A stretch of DNA of 52,664 nucleotides from Saprolegnia diclina VS20. Its lineage: Eukaryota. Every line of letters begins with the position of its first letter. The stretch's first letter is position 1. Both the position numbers and the translations under genes were made by a program. Below are positions 1-10,846 of the stretch, in pieces. The notes beneath the pieces are model-generated. The model was not told where the DNA came from and did not search any database. It saw nothing but the letters and a program-made list of their open reading frames with translations. The stretch is taken from NCBI RefSeq assembly GCF_000281045.1, contig NW_008246074.1, positions 237,217-289,880 of the forward strand, written 5' to 3'.

Positions 1-740
1 GGTATTGAGCTAGTCGCACTTCAACAGTTTGATCATGGTATTCCAACGGGAGAAGTGGCAGCTTTGGGCTTTGGGTGCACAGCAGCCGATGCCAAAATAG
101 TAATACGGAGACGGTAGATCCTCTTGAGAATCGGGTAGGGGTTCGCTCCTTTGTATCTAACCACGACCTTGCTCAACTACAGTGTGTACTACAATTGTAC
201 TAGTACCAGTTACTCCTAGTTTAGCTGGTTGCAAGTGGTTGTGGTCGCCCACTTCGCCATGCCCATCACCGACAGCACGAGACGTCAATAGTGTAGCTGC
301 AGAGAGTTTCACCACAAATAGTGTACATTGTCAGGCGTTGCGCACCTTGACGCTGTGAGTCGACAGCGGTGGCGCGCCGCTGTCGACACCACACTGGCTT
401 GTGTTTGCATGCATTCAACATAGGTCCAGACCACAACGTGCTGATAGATAATCTGAATTCCTGAGTCGAGCAAGAAGCCAGTGTGCCCTGCATACAGCTC
501 CTCGCCGGCTTCCAGCGCGATTCTACCGCCCGCAAGCTTAGTATTTTAGGGGCCAGATACTGTCGTAGCTTCCGCTTGGAACACGCAGAGTGCATCACGT
601 AGAGTCTTCGTCAATCCAGTGCTTGGGTGCCCGGTCGCAACGGAGAAACCGATCAGAGTTGGGTGCAACAAGCCAGATCACACTATTTCTTGCATAACGA
701 TCCGACGTGTCGCTGCCACTTTGCCATCGTTGTACGTGAG

Positions 741-1745
741 ATGGCACCGTCATCGCCACCTCACCCGAGCCCGCCCGCCGACTCGCCAGGTACGCCCGGC
801 TTCAGCGGCGACGACGATGTCTTTGAGCTTGACGACGCCACCGGCCACGTCTTCATTGCGCCAACGGGCGACCTGCATGGCGCCCGCCACCTCGTTGCCG
901 ACGCGACACCGCCGTACTTTACGAGCTCGGTCGCGCATGCGAGCGTGACGTCGGAAGACGACGACCACGAGAAGGACGAGCCATCACCGGTTGTCGCGGC
1001 CGCGCCCCGAGCGAGCCGGTACCATTCGGCGATCTCGGGCCTCAAGTCGCTCTCATCCGCACCGTCGCACCTCCTCGGCAAAGGCAAGTACGCCAAAGCG
1101 CAACTTCTCTCCAAGATCCCGTACAAGAAGGCCAAGGCACGCGTCTCGAATCTGCCACCGCCGACGCTCTGCTCGTCGTGCCCGCCCAAGGCGCCGTCCA
1201 AGCTCAGTCTCTACCGGCAAAAGTCGATGCCGCCGCCCATGTGGACATGCATGTCCTGTCCGCATGTGCATCTCTGCGAGTCGTGCTATCGCTCGGGCGT
1301 CCATGGGCTCGAGGGCTCGGAAGCAATGGAGACGTACGACGAGCTCCTCTCGGATCTCAAGTGGATGAAGGCCTGCAAGGCGTTCACCAAGCCGCTCTTG
1401 CTCATGCTCCGCCACGACATTTGCAACCACTCGCCGTCCAAGTACCAATTCATGTGCGGCTGGCTCGCCGACATCCTCGGCTCCAAGCCAGTTGCCAAGA
1501 TTACGATGCGCGGTGTGGCCATGAAGGACCTCCGCCCCGACGTGCGCCAAGCGTTTGTCGCAGCGCTCATGCCGCTCGTCGCGAACCGCAGCGACTTGGA
1601 CGTCAACATCGAGTGGGCTCTAAGCGCCGACGACAACCAGCTCGAGCACCTTCGGCTATGGATCTCGGACAAGAAAGGCCGGCGCGAGAGTCCGTTTGAC
1701 ACGTCGCTGTTGACGACCGAGCTCCACGACCAAGATGCGTCGTGA
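741..1745 (+). CDS. ZZ-type zinc-finger-containing protein of unknown function
   Basis: ATG at 741 (MAPSSPPH...), single ORF to TGA 1745. Cys/His pattern LCSSC...WTCMSCPHVHLCESCYRSGVHG resembles a ZZ finger with an insertion. Confidence 0.65.
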   Translation: MAPSSPPHPSPPADSPGTPGFSGDDDVFELDDATGHVFIAPTGDLHGARHLVADATPPYFTSSVAHASVTSEDDDHEKDEPSPVVAAAPRASRYHSAISGLKSLSSAPSHLLGKGKYAKAQLLSKIPYKKAKARVSNLPPPTLCSSCPPKAPSKLSLYRQKSMPPPMWTCMSCPHVHLCESCYRSGVHGLEGSEAMETYDELLSDLKWMKACKAFTKPLLLMLRHDICNHSPSKYQFMCGWLADILGSKPVAKITMRGVAMKDLRPDVRQAFVAALMPLVANRSDLDVNIEWALSADDNQLEHLRLWISDKKGRRESPFDTSLLTTELHDQDAS

Positions 1746-1778
1746 CAGCCAATGTGCGGCTGTAATATACTGTATATG

Positions 1779-2896
1779 CTATCTACACCGTGTCTTTGGC
1801 TTGTCTACACACCTTGGCCTTAGCAACGACAACAAGAGGCGGCCAACGAAGGTCGCGTACATGGTGTCGGTTGCGTCCTGGCGCTCCTGGCGCAGTGCGC
1901 GGGCGTACAGCAGGGCGCCAGCCCCCGCCACGACCATCCCAAGGGCATTTCCAGGCGCTAGAGGGACGCCGAAGTAGGCGAACGAGAAGAGAATCGTGAG
2001 CACGCGTCGGAAGGCATTCACGACCGCGTGGGTCGTCATGTCGGTCGCGACAAGTACGCTGTACGATGCCTACGTCCATGTCAATACGCCAGAGCAGGAG
2101 ACGACGGCACGGATACGCGATGGTAGGTATAAAAGCTCACGCCATTGAGAAGACCCACAAGGACGTGCTTGGGTTGCAACTCGATCCAGCGGACGCCGCC
2201 AAACGCCAGCGAGACGGTCGCGCCAAGCCACTACAGTCGTCAACGCGTCAGCCAGTCCATGTCCGTCTATACCTCGAGACCTGGAAGAGCATGCCATACA
2301 AGAGCGTTGCTGCGAAAATGTGTTCGAGCGGCAGCGCGCGCTGCAGCTGCTTGACGAGAAGCGACCGAATCGGGAAGACAATGTTGGCGACCATGACCAT
2401 GGCCAAGCCTAAGATGCGAAAGGACGCGTTGTGGTACGCAGAGAGACCGACGCCGAGAACGATGGGACCCAGCGCCACAAGGCGTAGCCTATATGCGCAG
2501 TTGTATACGACGGACTGTGTTTGCGCACCTGCTCACGGGAGCGTCGCGTCGCAGGCGCGTCATGGCCAAGGACACGGTCCATAGAGGCTCCAAGGCGCGC
2601 AGCGTCTCGCTGATGGATACGTGCATGAGCTCAAAGCCGCCGTTGAGACACGAGACACCGATCGCGAACGCCAAGGCGGCGAAGAGGAGGCTTATTTCTT
2701 GGGATTCGCTGAGCACGGTCTCGGGCGACCGGCGTGGCGCGGCCCAGAGAGCGTGGCAGATGTAGGCCAGCGTCATCTGCAGTGCAGAAAGCGTGTACGG
2801 GCAGTGGATCTCGGATAAGATTTGCTTGGACGTCACGCCGCAGAGCACGGACCCGACGAGCCAGGCGGCGACGCTGTGGCTGATGGTCGTCTGCAT
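1779..2896 (-). CDS. Triose-phosphate/nucleotide-sugar transporter (TPT/SLC35E-like, DMT superfamily), spliced
   Basis: Hydrophobic exons: SKQILSEIHCPYTLSALQ, HVSISETLRALEPLWTV, TTHAVVNAFRRVLTILFS, GNALGMVVAGAGALLY. Short GT-AG introns join the ORF pieces. Confidence 0.8.
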
Positions 2897-2914
2897 CTCG
2901 GATCCTCAGTGCGA

Positions 2915-3100
2915 TGCCATTGGTCAGGACAGTGGTCATTTGCACCAATCCAAGGGCGCCATCGCCGGTTGGAGCACACCTGTGATTGGTAAAAAAACGG
3001 TTTTAGCACGATTGCATTGGCCTATTTAGAACGATATGTCATGCATTTCAGCCAATGAAATAGTGCGGTGAATTGTATTGCGTCATCGGCCCAATCCATT
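2915..3100. promoter_or_regulatory. Bidirectional promoter with six CCAAT/ATTGG boxes (transporter/CWC25)
   Basis: CCAAT or ATTGG at 2919, 2945, 2985, 3016, 3052 and 3091, within the 224-nt gap between divergent ATGs. Confidence 0.65.
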
Positions 3101-3120
3101 TGGACGGACGAGCAAGCAGC

Positions 3121-4739
3121 ATGTCGTTGGCGTTCCTGGCGAAGAAGAGCTGGCATACGTCCAACCTCAAGGTAGACGCGTGCTCCATGTAGCATGGCCT
3201 TATGCATCTTGCATCTAGAACGTCGAGAAGGTATGGAAGGCCGAGCAGAAGCATGCGCAAGAAGAGAACAAGCTCCTCGAGCTGCGGAAAAACCTCGAGG
3301 AGGAGCGCCAGCTCAAAGAGCTCCGTGAGATGCAAGCCAAAATGTCGGGCGGCAAGGTCGATCAAACGCAGCGCGTCGACTGGATGTATGATGGTCCGAT
3401 GGCGGCGTCGCAGACCGAGCGCACGGCCGAGGACTATTTGCTCGGGAAGGAATACAAGCCCGCGCCCGAAGAGAACCAGCTCAAGCAACTCGCAGCGCAG
3501 CCAGGCTCGCTGTACATGAGCGCTGCGCCGTCGGCCGTGAACGATTCGTTCTCTCGCCTCAACGAAGACCCGATGATGATGATCAAGCGCCAGCAAAAAG
3601 CCGCGCAGCTCGCGGTGCTCAAGAACCCGGCCAAGATGAAGCACCTCAAGGACAAGGTCGAGCAGGAGCTCTCGGAGCGCAAGGCAGCCAAGAAGGCCAA
3701 GAAGGAAGCCAAAAAGGCCAAGAAGGAGAAGAAGCGGGCCAAAGACTCGTCGCCCCCGCGGTCGGCGAGCCGTGAGAAATCGACCCGCGGTCTCGCCCGA
3801 GAGCACCGCACTGCGCAGCACTCGAAGAGCCCGATCCGGCATCGCTCCCGAAGCCCTCGTCGCCGCATTCCGGTGGATGATCGCCGACGTTCGCACAAGC
3901 GGTCGCTGAGCCCCCGGCGGCGGAGCCCGTCCATGGATCGGCGGCAAAGTCCCTCCAAAAGCAAGCGCCGCCGTTCGCGCAGCCCGATTTTGCGGCAAAA
4001 GCGCAGCCAGAGTCCGCGGCGTCGGTCCCCAAGCCCGCGCCGCCGTCATCACTCGCCGAGTCCGCGCCGCAGCCGTCGGTCATCCAGCCCACGCCGCCGC
4101 CAGCGGTCCCCGAGCCCGCGTCGTGGTCGTCCCTCGCCGAGTCCTCGTCGTCGTCGCTCGCCAAGTCCTCGCCGTCGTTCGCCAAGCCCGACGTCGACCA
4201 AGCCAGTCTCGCCGGCCAAGGAGTCCACGAAGGCGCAGCCACCCCCACGCAAGGGGTACGGTCTCATTGGCGGTGAAAATGCGGTACATTTGAGATGCGT
4301 TGCATGTCGCCGTGTCTTATACCTCGTCTAGCGCAAGTGCAAGGACGTCGACACGGAGAGCTTGGGCCCGAGCCGCAAGCTGCTCGAGCTCGCGCGCCAA
4401 AAGAAGGAGCAAGACGCGGCCGCGCTTGACGAGCGACTCAAGCGGGCGCGCGTGATGACGCAAACGGATACGTCGGACCGCGACGCGCGTCTGCGGGAGA
4501 TGGCTGAGGACGCCAAGCGCCGCGAAGTCATTTTGGAAGACCGGCTGCGCGCCAAAGAGGCGGCCAAAGCCAAAGAAGATGCGTTGCCGCAGGAGTCCAC
4601 CCACGGGTCGAACCCGACGTTCCTCCAAGAACTCAACCACGCTGCGTACATTGGCTCGAACGAAACCATGAGCGAGCGCTTGAACCGCAACAAACACTAC
4701 ATTCAGCGCAATGCCAACAGCAACAACTTTATGAACTAA
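3121..4739 (+). CDS. CWC25: Pre-mRNA splicing factor CWC25 with RS/SPRRR-rich region
   Basis: MSLAFLAKKSWHTSNLK|NVEKVWKAEQK...RVDWMY...EDYLLGK...EDPM, ending ERLNRNKHYIQR. Introns 3172-3218 and 4284-4331. Confidence 0.92.
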
Positions 4740-5199
4740 CTAACATTGGTGTCGTGTTCGACGTGCATGACGAGTCGACCATCACCCGACCATGTCGGAG
4801 CACAAGAGTGATGATGGACGTAGCTGGTCGCACTCTCCCCACTGGACCACCAGCCCTTGCTCTGCACAATGGTGCGGACTGACGCTCGCATGTGCTCTAG
4901 TATTGCGGTACCTTGTCAGATTTGTGCCAGGGCAGAGTCACACAATCCGCACTGACCTTGTGTGGCGTGCCAACTTGGATGCAGAAATGAGTGGCCACGA
5001 CGGGTCCAGCGGGTGGCTCGACGAAGAACACGAAGGACTCATGTGCGACAGGACATCGCGGTAAACAGGGCAGTCTCGTCGACGCGTTGCGATTCCTCGA
5101 CTGCAGAGCTACAATGGTTGACACATTTTGCAGCCTTTTGCACGGGTTGATACCCACTCGCAGCACAACATTATGACAATGGAGTACATTACTCGCGTC

Positions 5200-5616
5200 T
5201 TAGAGCAGTTGCACGAGTGCGACGAGACCGACGAGCAGCATCCCAGCGGACGTGGTCGACGCCGGCGACGCGGCCTTGCCCGACTTGCACATTTGCACAA
5301 GGTTTTGCATGTTGACAAACGTCGCGGGCGTCACCTGTGCAAAGGCCGAGTCGGTCGTGCCAATGGCCTGGCACTCGACAGGAATGCCCGCGACAAAGGC
5401 CGAGAGCGACTGGACGCACTGCGCGTTGGCGCAAAAGCTGGCGGCGTTCCCGAGCGGGCACGACGCAAGCGGCGTCCAGTAGGTCTGGAACGCCGTCTGG
5501 CACGCAGTGTTGACGACGCTGGTGGTAGCAGGCGTCGTCGTGTTGGTCGAGTTGGCCGCCGACGCGCAAGCAACGAGCGCAACAAGGAGGAAGATGGTAC
5601 GCATCATGGAGGCCAT
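5200..5616 (-). CDS. Secreted elicitin-like protein, probably GPI-anchored
   Basis: Signal peptide MMRTIFLLVALVACASA; six Cys spaced C-x13-C-x8-C-x4-C-x14-C-x27-C (C-x4-C-x14-C is the elicitin core spacing); Ser/Thr/Ala linker and hydrophobic C-terminus. Confidence 0.65.
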   Translation of the reverse strand: MASMMRTIFLLVALVACASAANSTNTTTPATTSVVNTACQTAFQTYWTPLASCPLGNAASFCANAQCVQSLSAFVAGIPVECQAIGTTDSAFAQVTPATFVNMQNLVQMCKSGKAASPASTTSAGMLLVGLVALVQLL

Positions 5617-6952
5617 GGTGGTGGTCGAGCAGGGAAGCAGCAGAATCGGATTTCTAGCCAGTCTCGCCTGCAGGGCGGATGTAATGCATCTGTCCAGAAC
5701 CAATGGCCAATGGCATCGCAGAAACGGAATGAAATTCCACCAATCGTAGACCACGTCGATCGCGTCGCCAGTGGCGTTTCTTGCACCATAGTGCAGCGCC
5801 AGTAATTGGGCCAGCATTCGAGACGCGCGATTTCATTGGCCAAAAAGATGTAGACGCTGCAACCCAACATGAACCCGGCAGGTGGGCTCCTCGTCGCATT
5901 GCGCCTGTAGTTGCTCGTGCTAGGGCCACATTGCGACTGTACTACTAACTACGAGTAGGTACACACCATGTAGCCTGCAGCGTGCAGGTGCGAGATCTGG
6001 GCGCGAAATGGAACGGTATCCTGAACAAGCACAGCCCCGTGGTGGTCAAGTGTGCACAAGTTCAGTTCGCCATTCCGAGCTGCAGGGCGACCTCGTTTTC
6101 TGCAAAGGTCGCGAGCGAGTCTGTGCCAGTACAGAGTGTTGGACGTCGTCATGCTCAATGTACGTCGCTCGCATGGTGCTGGAGCGTTATCACGCGAAGA
6201 TTCTGATTCGCTGACGTGGCGGCGCTTGTCTAGCCCACTTGTAGTAGTTATATATTGTTGACATGCCCTGTACGCGCCGTCTCGCTAAGCGCGTCATTCT
6301 TATTCCTCCTAATCTGACCGCCGTCCATGCCTGTACTCAGTCGGCGGTGGCTTCGAAATCCCACGTCCCCGCGATGGCTTCCGCAAAATCAACAAGCGTC
6401 GATTGAGAAAAATATCGAAGCGCGCATGTCCGTTCCCCAATACGACGTGTCGCTCGTCGCTTGGCTCACATGCGCTGCGCAATGCAGCGCTGTTGCGGTA
6501 GAGGCGCATGCCACCTCGTTCGCGCAAAGATTCGCCGCGAGATTCACTCTACTCGGCTCGAATTCCCGTGCTTTTCAACCTTCTTCGAGTTCGAGTGATC
6601 GCGAGCACAAAATAATAAAAATAATATAAACTCTGGGCAGGATACTGCGTGATCGGATTCGCGGGGCGTCGCGAATTAAAATGGACGCATCTCGCTATAT
6701 AAAGGTATGGCGTGCCACCGTGTTGCACTTGGTTTCAATTAAAATACTCCACGACACGCTCTGAATCTTCAACCCAGTTATCCGGATAAATGTGAAATTG
6801 TGACCAATCAACGCTCGTTTCGTGACATCCAGCGCGCGCTTTGTGCAGTGGGCTTGGCGCGGATCGTCCGGATACCGGTCGCATACAAACGCCAAGAGCC
6901 ACTGAACCTTCACTCGGCCCCAAAAGCACCTTGGAATTTAATGGATTAGAAA

Positions 6953-6967
6953 TCATTTCCGAATTTT
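6953..6967 (+). promoter_or_regulatory. Oomycete Inr/FPR-like core promoter element
   Basis: TCATTTCCGAATTTT, close to the oomycete YCATTYYNCAWTTT consensus, ~40 nt upstream of ATG 7007. Confidence 0.5.
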
Positions 6968-7006
6968 CCCAGAACCGAGTAAGTCCTGATTGCGCCCGAC
7001 CCGCCC

Positions 7007-8041
7007 ATGCGCCAGATCAGCCCGATGCAAGCACGACGAAGGGGACGCAACTGCCCACACGACCTCGTGAAGCTCGCCAAGAAGTACTCGCCAGTCCTCG
7101 TCAAGGGCTTTAGCACCGGCAACATTGCGGTTGTCGACAAGCGCAGCTGGCTTGAAGTCTGCGACCGCAAGCACCGATACGGCGCCAACCTCCGCGCGTA
7201 CTACAAGGAGTGGAAGCGCTACGAGGGCCCAAAGCCTGGCTTCTGGGAGTGGCTCGACGATGAGTCAGTCGAAGTCGACGGCGTTCCACGTGCCAAGCTC
7301 GAGAGCGAAACCGTACTCTACTGCGACAAGGCCGAGCGCCAAAAGTTTGCGCTCACATTCCGCGATGGCATGCTGTACACGGTCGCCGACGACGTGCCCG
7401 TCGACACGGGTGACGACGGCTGGATCTTTGTGCTCCGCGACGGCGTCCTCTACGGCAGCGAGAAGGTGACGACACAGGTGCCCCGCATCCACCACACGAG
7501 CTTGTCGGGCGGCGAGTGCGTCCAAACCGCGGGCATGATGGTCGTCTCGAACGGCACGCTCAACATTATTTATCCCCACAGTGGCCACTACCGGCCGTCC
7601 GAGAACGAAGTGCTTGTGCTGCTTCGGTTCCTCGAAGGCCATGGCATTGAACTCGAGGACGTCCTCGTCGACGTCCAGCGCATCCAAAAGGTCTCGCGCG
7701 AGCGCTCCAACAACGTCAAGGTCAAGAAGCTCGACAATGCACATTTCTGGAACGGACGCATGGCCCGCGACTTCTTGGAGCTCAAGGACTTTGTGTGGCA
7801 CAGCGACTTGTTTGTCGACCTCGAGCGCTGCGTCGCGCACATTGAGCTCCAGCGCCACCAGCACCTCGCCGAGGCCGAGCAGCAGCGGCTCATGAAGGCG
7901 CTCGCGCTGCCGCGGACGTCGTCGTCCGAGTGCGTGTGCGGCGACGACGACGTCGACATGCTCGACGACTGCGGCGACATGGACGCCCATCCGCTCGCGG
8001 GCTGCACGCTGGATGTTGTCGACGGTCCGTTGTACTTTTAA
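7007..8041 (+). CDS. IQM-like protein (plant IQM family core domain), copy 1
   Basis: WLEVCDRKHRYGANLRAYY, FWEWLD, WIFVL, HHTSLSGG, AG, YPHSGHYRPSE match the conserved IQM core. Intronless. Confidence 0.8.
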   Translation: MRQISPMQARRRGRNCPHDLVKLAKKYSPVLVKGFSTGNIAVVDKRSWLEVCDRKHRYGANLRAYYKEWKRYEGPKPGFWEWLDDESVEVDGVPRAKLESETVLYCDKAERQKFALTFRDGMLYTVADDVPVDTGDDGWIFVLRDGVLYGSEKVTTQVPRIHHTSLSGGECVQTAGMMVVSNGTLNIIYPHSGHYRPSENEVLVLLRFLEGHGIELEDVLVDVQRIQKVSRERSNNVKVKKLDNAHFWNGRMARDFLELKDFVWHSDLFVDLERCVAHIELQRHQHLAEAEQQRLMKALALPRTSSSECVCGDDDVDMLDDCGDMDAHPLAGCTLDVVDGPLYF

Positions 8042-8874
8042 CTTAACCGCCTCCGTGGGCACTCTTCGTCGTCGTCGTCATCCCCACTCCACATCACCCT
8101 CATCCCCCGTAGCTACTAGTTTGTAGGCAGGATTTAACCTATTCCTAATCTATTAATTTGTATTATATAGCCTCCCGTTCGTGTTGGCCACATCCTTGTA
8201 AGCGATGCATAAACGGCCTTGGATGCGCCGCCGTTTACGCAGCTTGATGTGGCCGAGACCCCGCCGAACTCCAGGACGTCGCATGATGAGCTATACACTG
8301 GCGTCGCAATGCGCCGACGCTAGAGCTCCGTACCGCCATGTACCACGCAGGTGGCACATCCAACGACCAGATCGACGATCCCACGACGATGTGGATGCGG
8401 CCTTGGGCGCGACTGTCCGAGCGTGCGCAGAGGATTCTGTGTATTCTTTCGAAGTCGCGAATGGACCCTAACCCGCATGTTGACGTCATCAACAACGCAG
8501 TGCCATCGTCACAGGTCCAATGACGATGGCACTGCGTTCTGACGTCGCCGGCGTGAAGCCTTGCATCATCTGCATTGCTGAGCTGCATCATCAATACCCG
8601 AGTAAACTGGAGCGCGGTTCTCAGTGTTGCTGCGTGCCGTGCATCCCTCGCCTTGCTTGGACATCAACCCGCCTCGCGCGCTTCGTCTGCCAGCCCACAG
8701 ACACCTTGGTTTTACGAGGCAACACGAAAAGCTCGTCGATTCACTGGATATATCTATATTCTTTCCGTGATTCACGGAATGTTCTTTGCTTGCATCAACT
8801 GCATTGTGCAAGGGACGGTGCGCGGGCGCGGCTCGGACGACCCTCTCGAACCCACAAAGCACTTGCCATGACCA

Positions 8875-10047
8875 TCAGTTCTCCGGTGTCGCCGACATAT
8901 GCGGTCTTTGGAGCAGTGCGATGATCGCGGCAAAACCATCTCGGAGTGCAATATCGAGTGGCGTGAGCTGATCGAGATCCCGGACGTCGCATTTGGCGCC
9001 ATTTTCGAGGAGCAGCGCGACACAGTCGGTGCGCTGCCACGACACTGCGCAGTGCAAGGGACTTCGGCGCACCGAGCACAAATTCGGGTCTGCGCCGGCG
9101 GTCAAGAGGCGGTGCAGAACCTCGGCATGGCCGTTCGCAGCTGCGTAGTACAGCGCCGAGCACCCATCGACGTCCTGCATGTTGACGTTGGTCACGAGAC
9201 GCGTCGCCAGCAGCACATGGAGGAAGACAACGTGACCTTCGACGGCGGCGTAATGGAACGGATGCCGCGCCATGACCACGTCCACCATGTCGTGTCGCAG
9301 CGCTACGTTGTGGGATTGTAGCATGTCGACCATGCGATCTGTCACTGCCGCATCCGTCCCCGCGGCTTCGTGCCACACGGTGACGCCCATGGCATCGGTC
9401 GCACTGCCGTCCGCACCGGCGCACAAGAGGAGATCCGCGACGTCGACGTGGCCCTCGCCAATTGCAATGTGCAGTGGCGTATGGCGTGTGTGGGAGCTGA
9501 TATGAACGCTGGCACCATGCGCAAGCAGCTTGCGCACGGCGTCGGTCCGGCCGTGCTTGGCGGCTTCGTACAGCGCTGTGAGCCCCGTCTCGCTTTGATC
9601 GTTGATGTTGGTACCCGCGACGAGCAAAAGGTCCAGCACAGCGAGGTGCCCTCCGCGCGCCGCGTACATGAGCGGTGTGCGCCCGCGGGTTGTGTGCGAC
9701 GCGACGAGCGCGCCGTGGGCGAGCAGCACAGCGACAACGTCGGCATGGCCGTAGAGCGCGGCTTCGTGCAGTGGCGTGCGCGCGTACAGCTTGCGCGCAT
9801 CGGGGAAGAGATACGCGTGGTGCGCCAAGAGGTAGTCAACGATCGCGCTCTGGTTGTTGGCGGACGCGAGGTGCAGGGCCGAAAGCTGCTCGTTGCCAGC
9901 GGCGGTGGCCTGCAGAAGACGCGTCTGCTGGTCGGTGGTGAAGCCATCGAGGTACGCGATGAGCTCGTGCAATGGACCGGCTTTGCAGAGACCCAGAAGT
10001 CGCTTCTCATGACGAGCCTTCTCTTTCTTGCTCCATGCGCGCTCCAT
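8875..10047 (-). CDS. Ankyrin-repeat protein (~9-10 repeats)
   Basis: Repeated SALHLAS, TPLHEAA, TPLMYAA, TALYEAA, TPLHIAI, HPFHYAA, SALYYAA, SPLHCAV, TPLDIAL motifs. First ATG at 10047. Confidence 0.88.
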   Translation of the reverse strand: MERAWSKKEKARHEKRLLGLCKAGPLHELIAYLDGFTTDQQTRLLQATAAGNEQLSALHLASANNQSAIVDYLLAHHAYLFPDARKLYARTPLHEAALYGHADVVAVLLAHGALVASHTTRGRTPLMYAARGGHLAVLDLLLVAGTNINDQSETGLTALYEAAKHGRTDAVRKLLAHGASVHISSHTRHTPLHIAIGEGHVDVADLLLCAGADGSATDAMGVTVWHEAAGTDAAVTDRMVDMLQSHNVALRHDMVDVVMARHPFHYAAVEGHVVFLHVLLATRLVTNVNMQDVDGCSALYYAAANGHAEVLHRLLTAGADPNLCSVRRSPLHCAVSWQRTDCVALLLENGAKCDVRDLDQLTPLDIALRDGFAAIIALLQRPHMSATPEN

Positions 10048-10846
10048 GTCGCCTCGTCCAGCAAACCGAATGTGGAGATTCGCATTTCGTCCGGATACCA
10101 CGAGACGAGGCTTGATGCACGCCACCTAATCGATCCAGCTCAAGCAGTTCAAGCAGAAGTTCAAGCCAAGGTCAAGCAGCGGTCGTATCTACCCACCGAC
10201 TATAGATATATGTGCTACTGCAACGCACCAGACTATGCACCAAGAGCGCTCGGTCTTTCAAAAGACTCAGAGCGCATCATGCGCCTCTTGGTGGCGTTTA
10301 TGCGGGTGCAGGTAACACACCCGACCAGATTCGACGCAGACGAGCTTTACCACCGCCTCCCAGGTACTATAGTACGCGAGCACTAAACAGAGCGAAGGAA
10401 TCGGCGCCGTCGGTTATCGGAGCCAGCACGCAGCGTGAGCAACGATGGATCCGTGTTGCCAATGCCATGATCGCGCTCGCCGGCATCTGATTGGTTGCCG
10501 CCGATTGCAGTTGGTTGTGATTGGTCGCCGCCCTCTGTGCAGGGTACGCGACTGCAGCCAGATAGCGCGCTCGTGGCAGCTCGAAATGTTTTGGCGTCGA
10601 ATCAGGCGCCGCAAGATGCAGCTGCCACGTCATGTACCGTGGCGGCGCTTGACACACCGTGCATGTCTACGTCGATGCAAAGTTGCGTGCGACTAGTGCG
10701 TGCCACGCGCCGTGTTACATTATCCGGATGTCTCGTGGACTTGCTCCAAAGCAGTTCAGTTGAGAATTCGAACCCGAGCGCCCAAGTCGCAGCGGCCGAG
10801 AGCAACAGCAAGAACGACGACGACCACACGACGCCTCCTCAGTAGC

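Noticed and set aside
3830..4195. Repetitive SPRRR-encoding DNA
   Set aside because: Ordinary RS-type low-complexity domain of CWC25, not a CRISPR array or mobile repeat.
5820..6950. Small ORFs in intergenic stretches (also 1-700, 4750-5170, 8200-8850, 11800-12350, 15270-15900, 39600-40200)
   Set aside because: No coding bias, splice structure or motifs that I could recognise.
9370..10386. Long ORFs antisense to real genes (also 3048-4052, 7265-8062, 16275-17303, 25531-26568, 43267-44241)
   Set aside because: Shadow frames expected from high GC3; they carry no motifs of their own.
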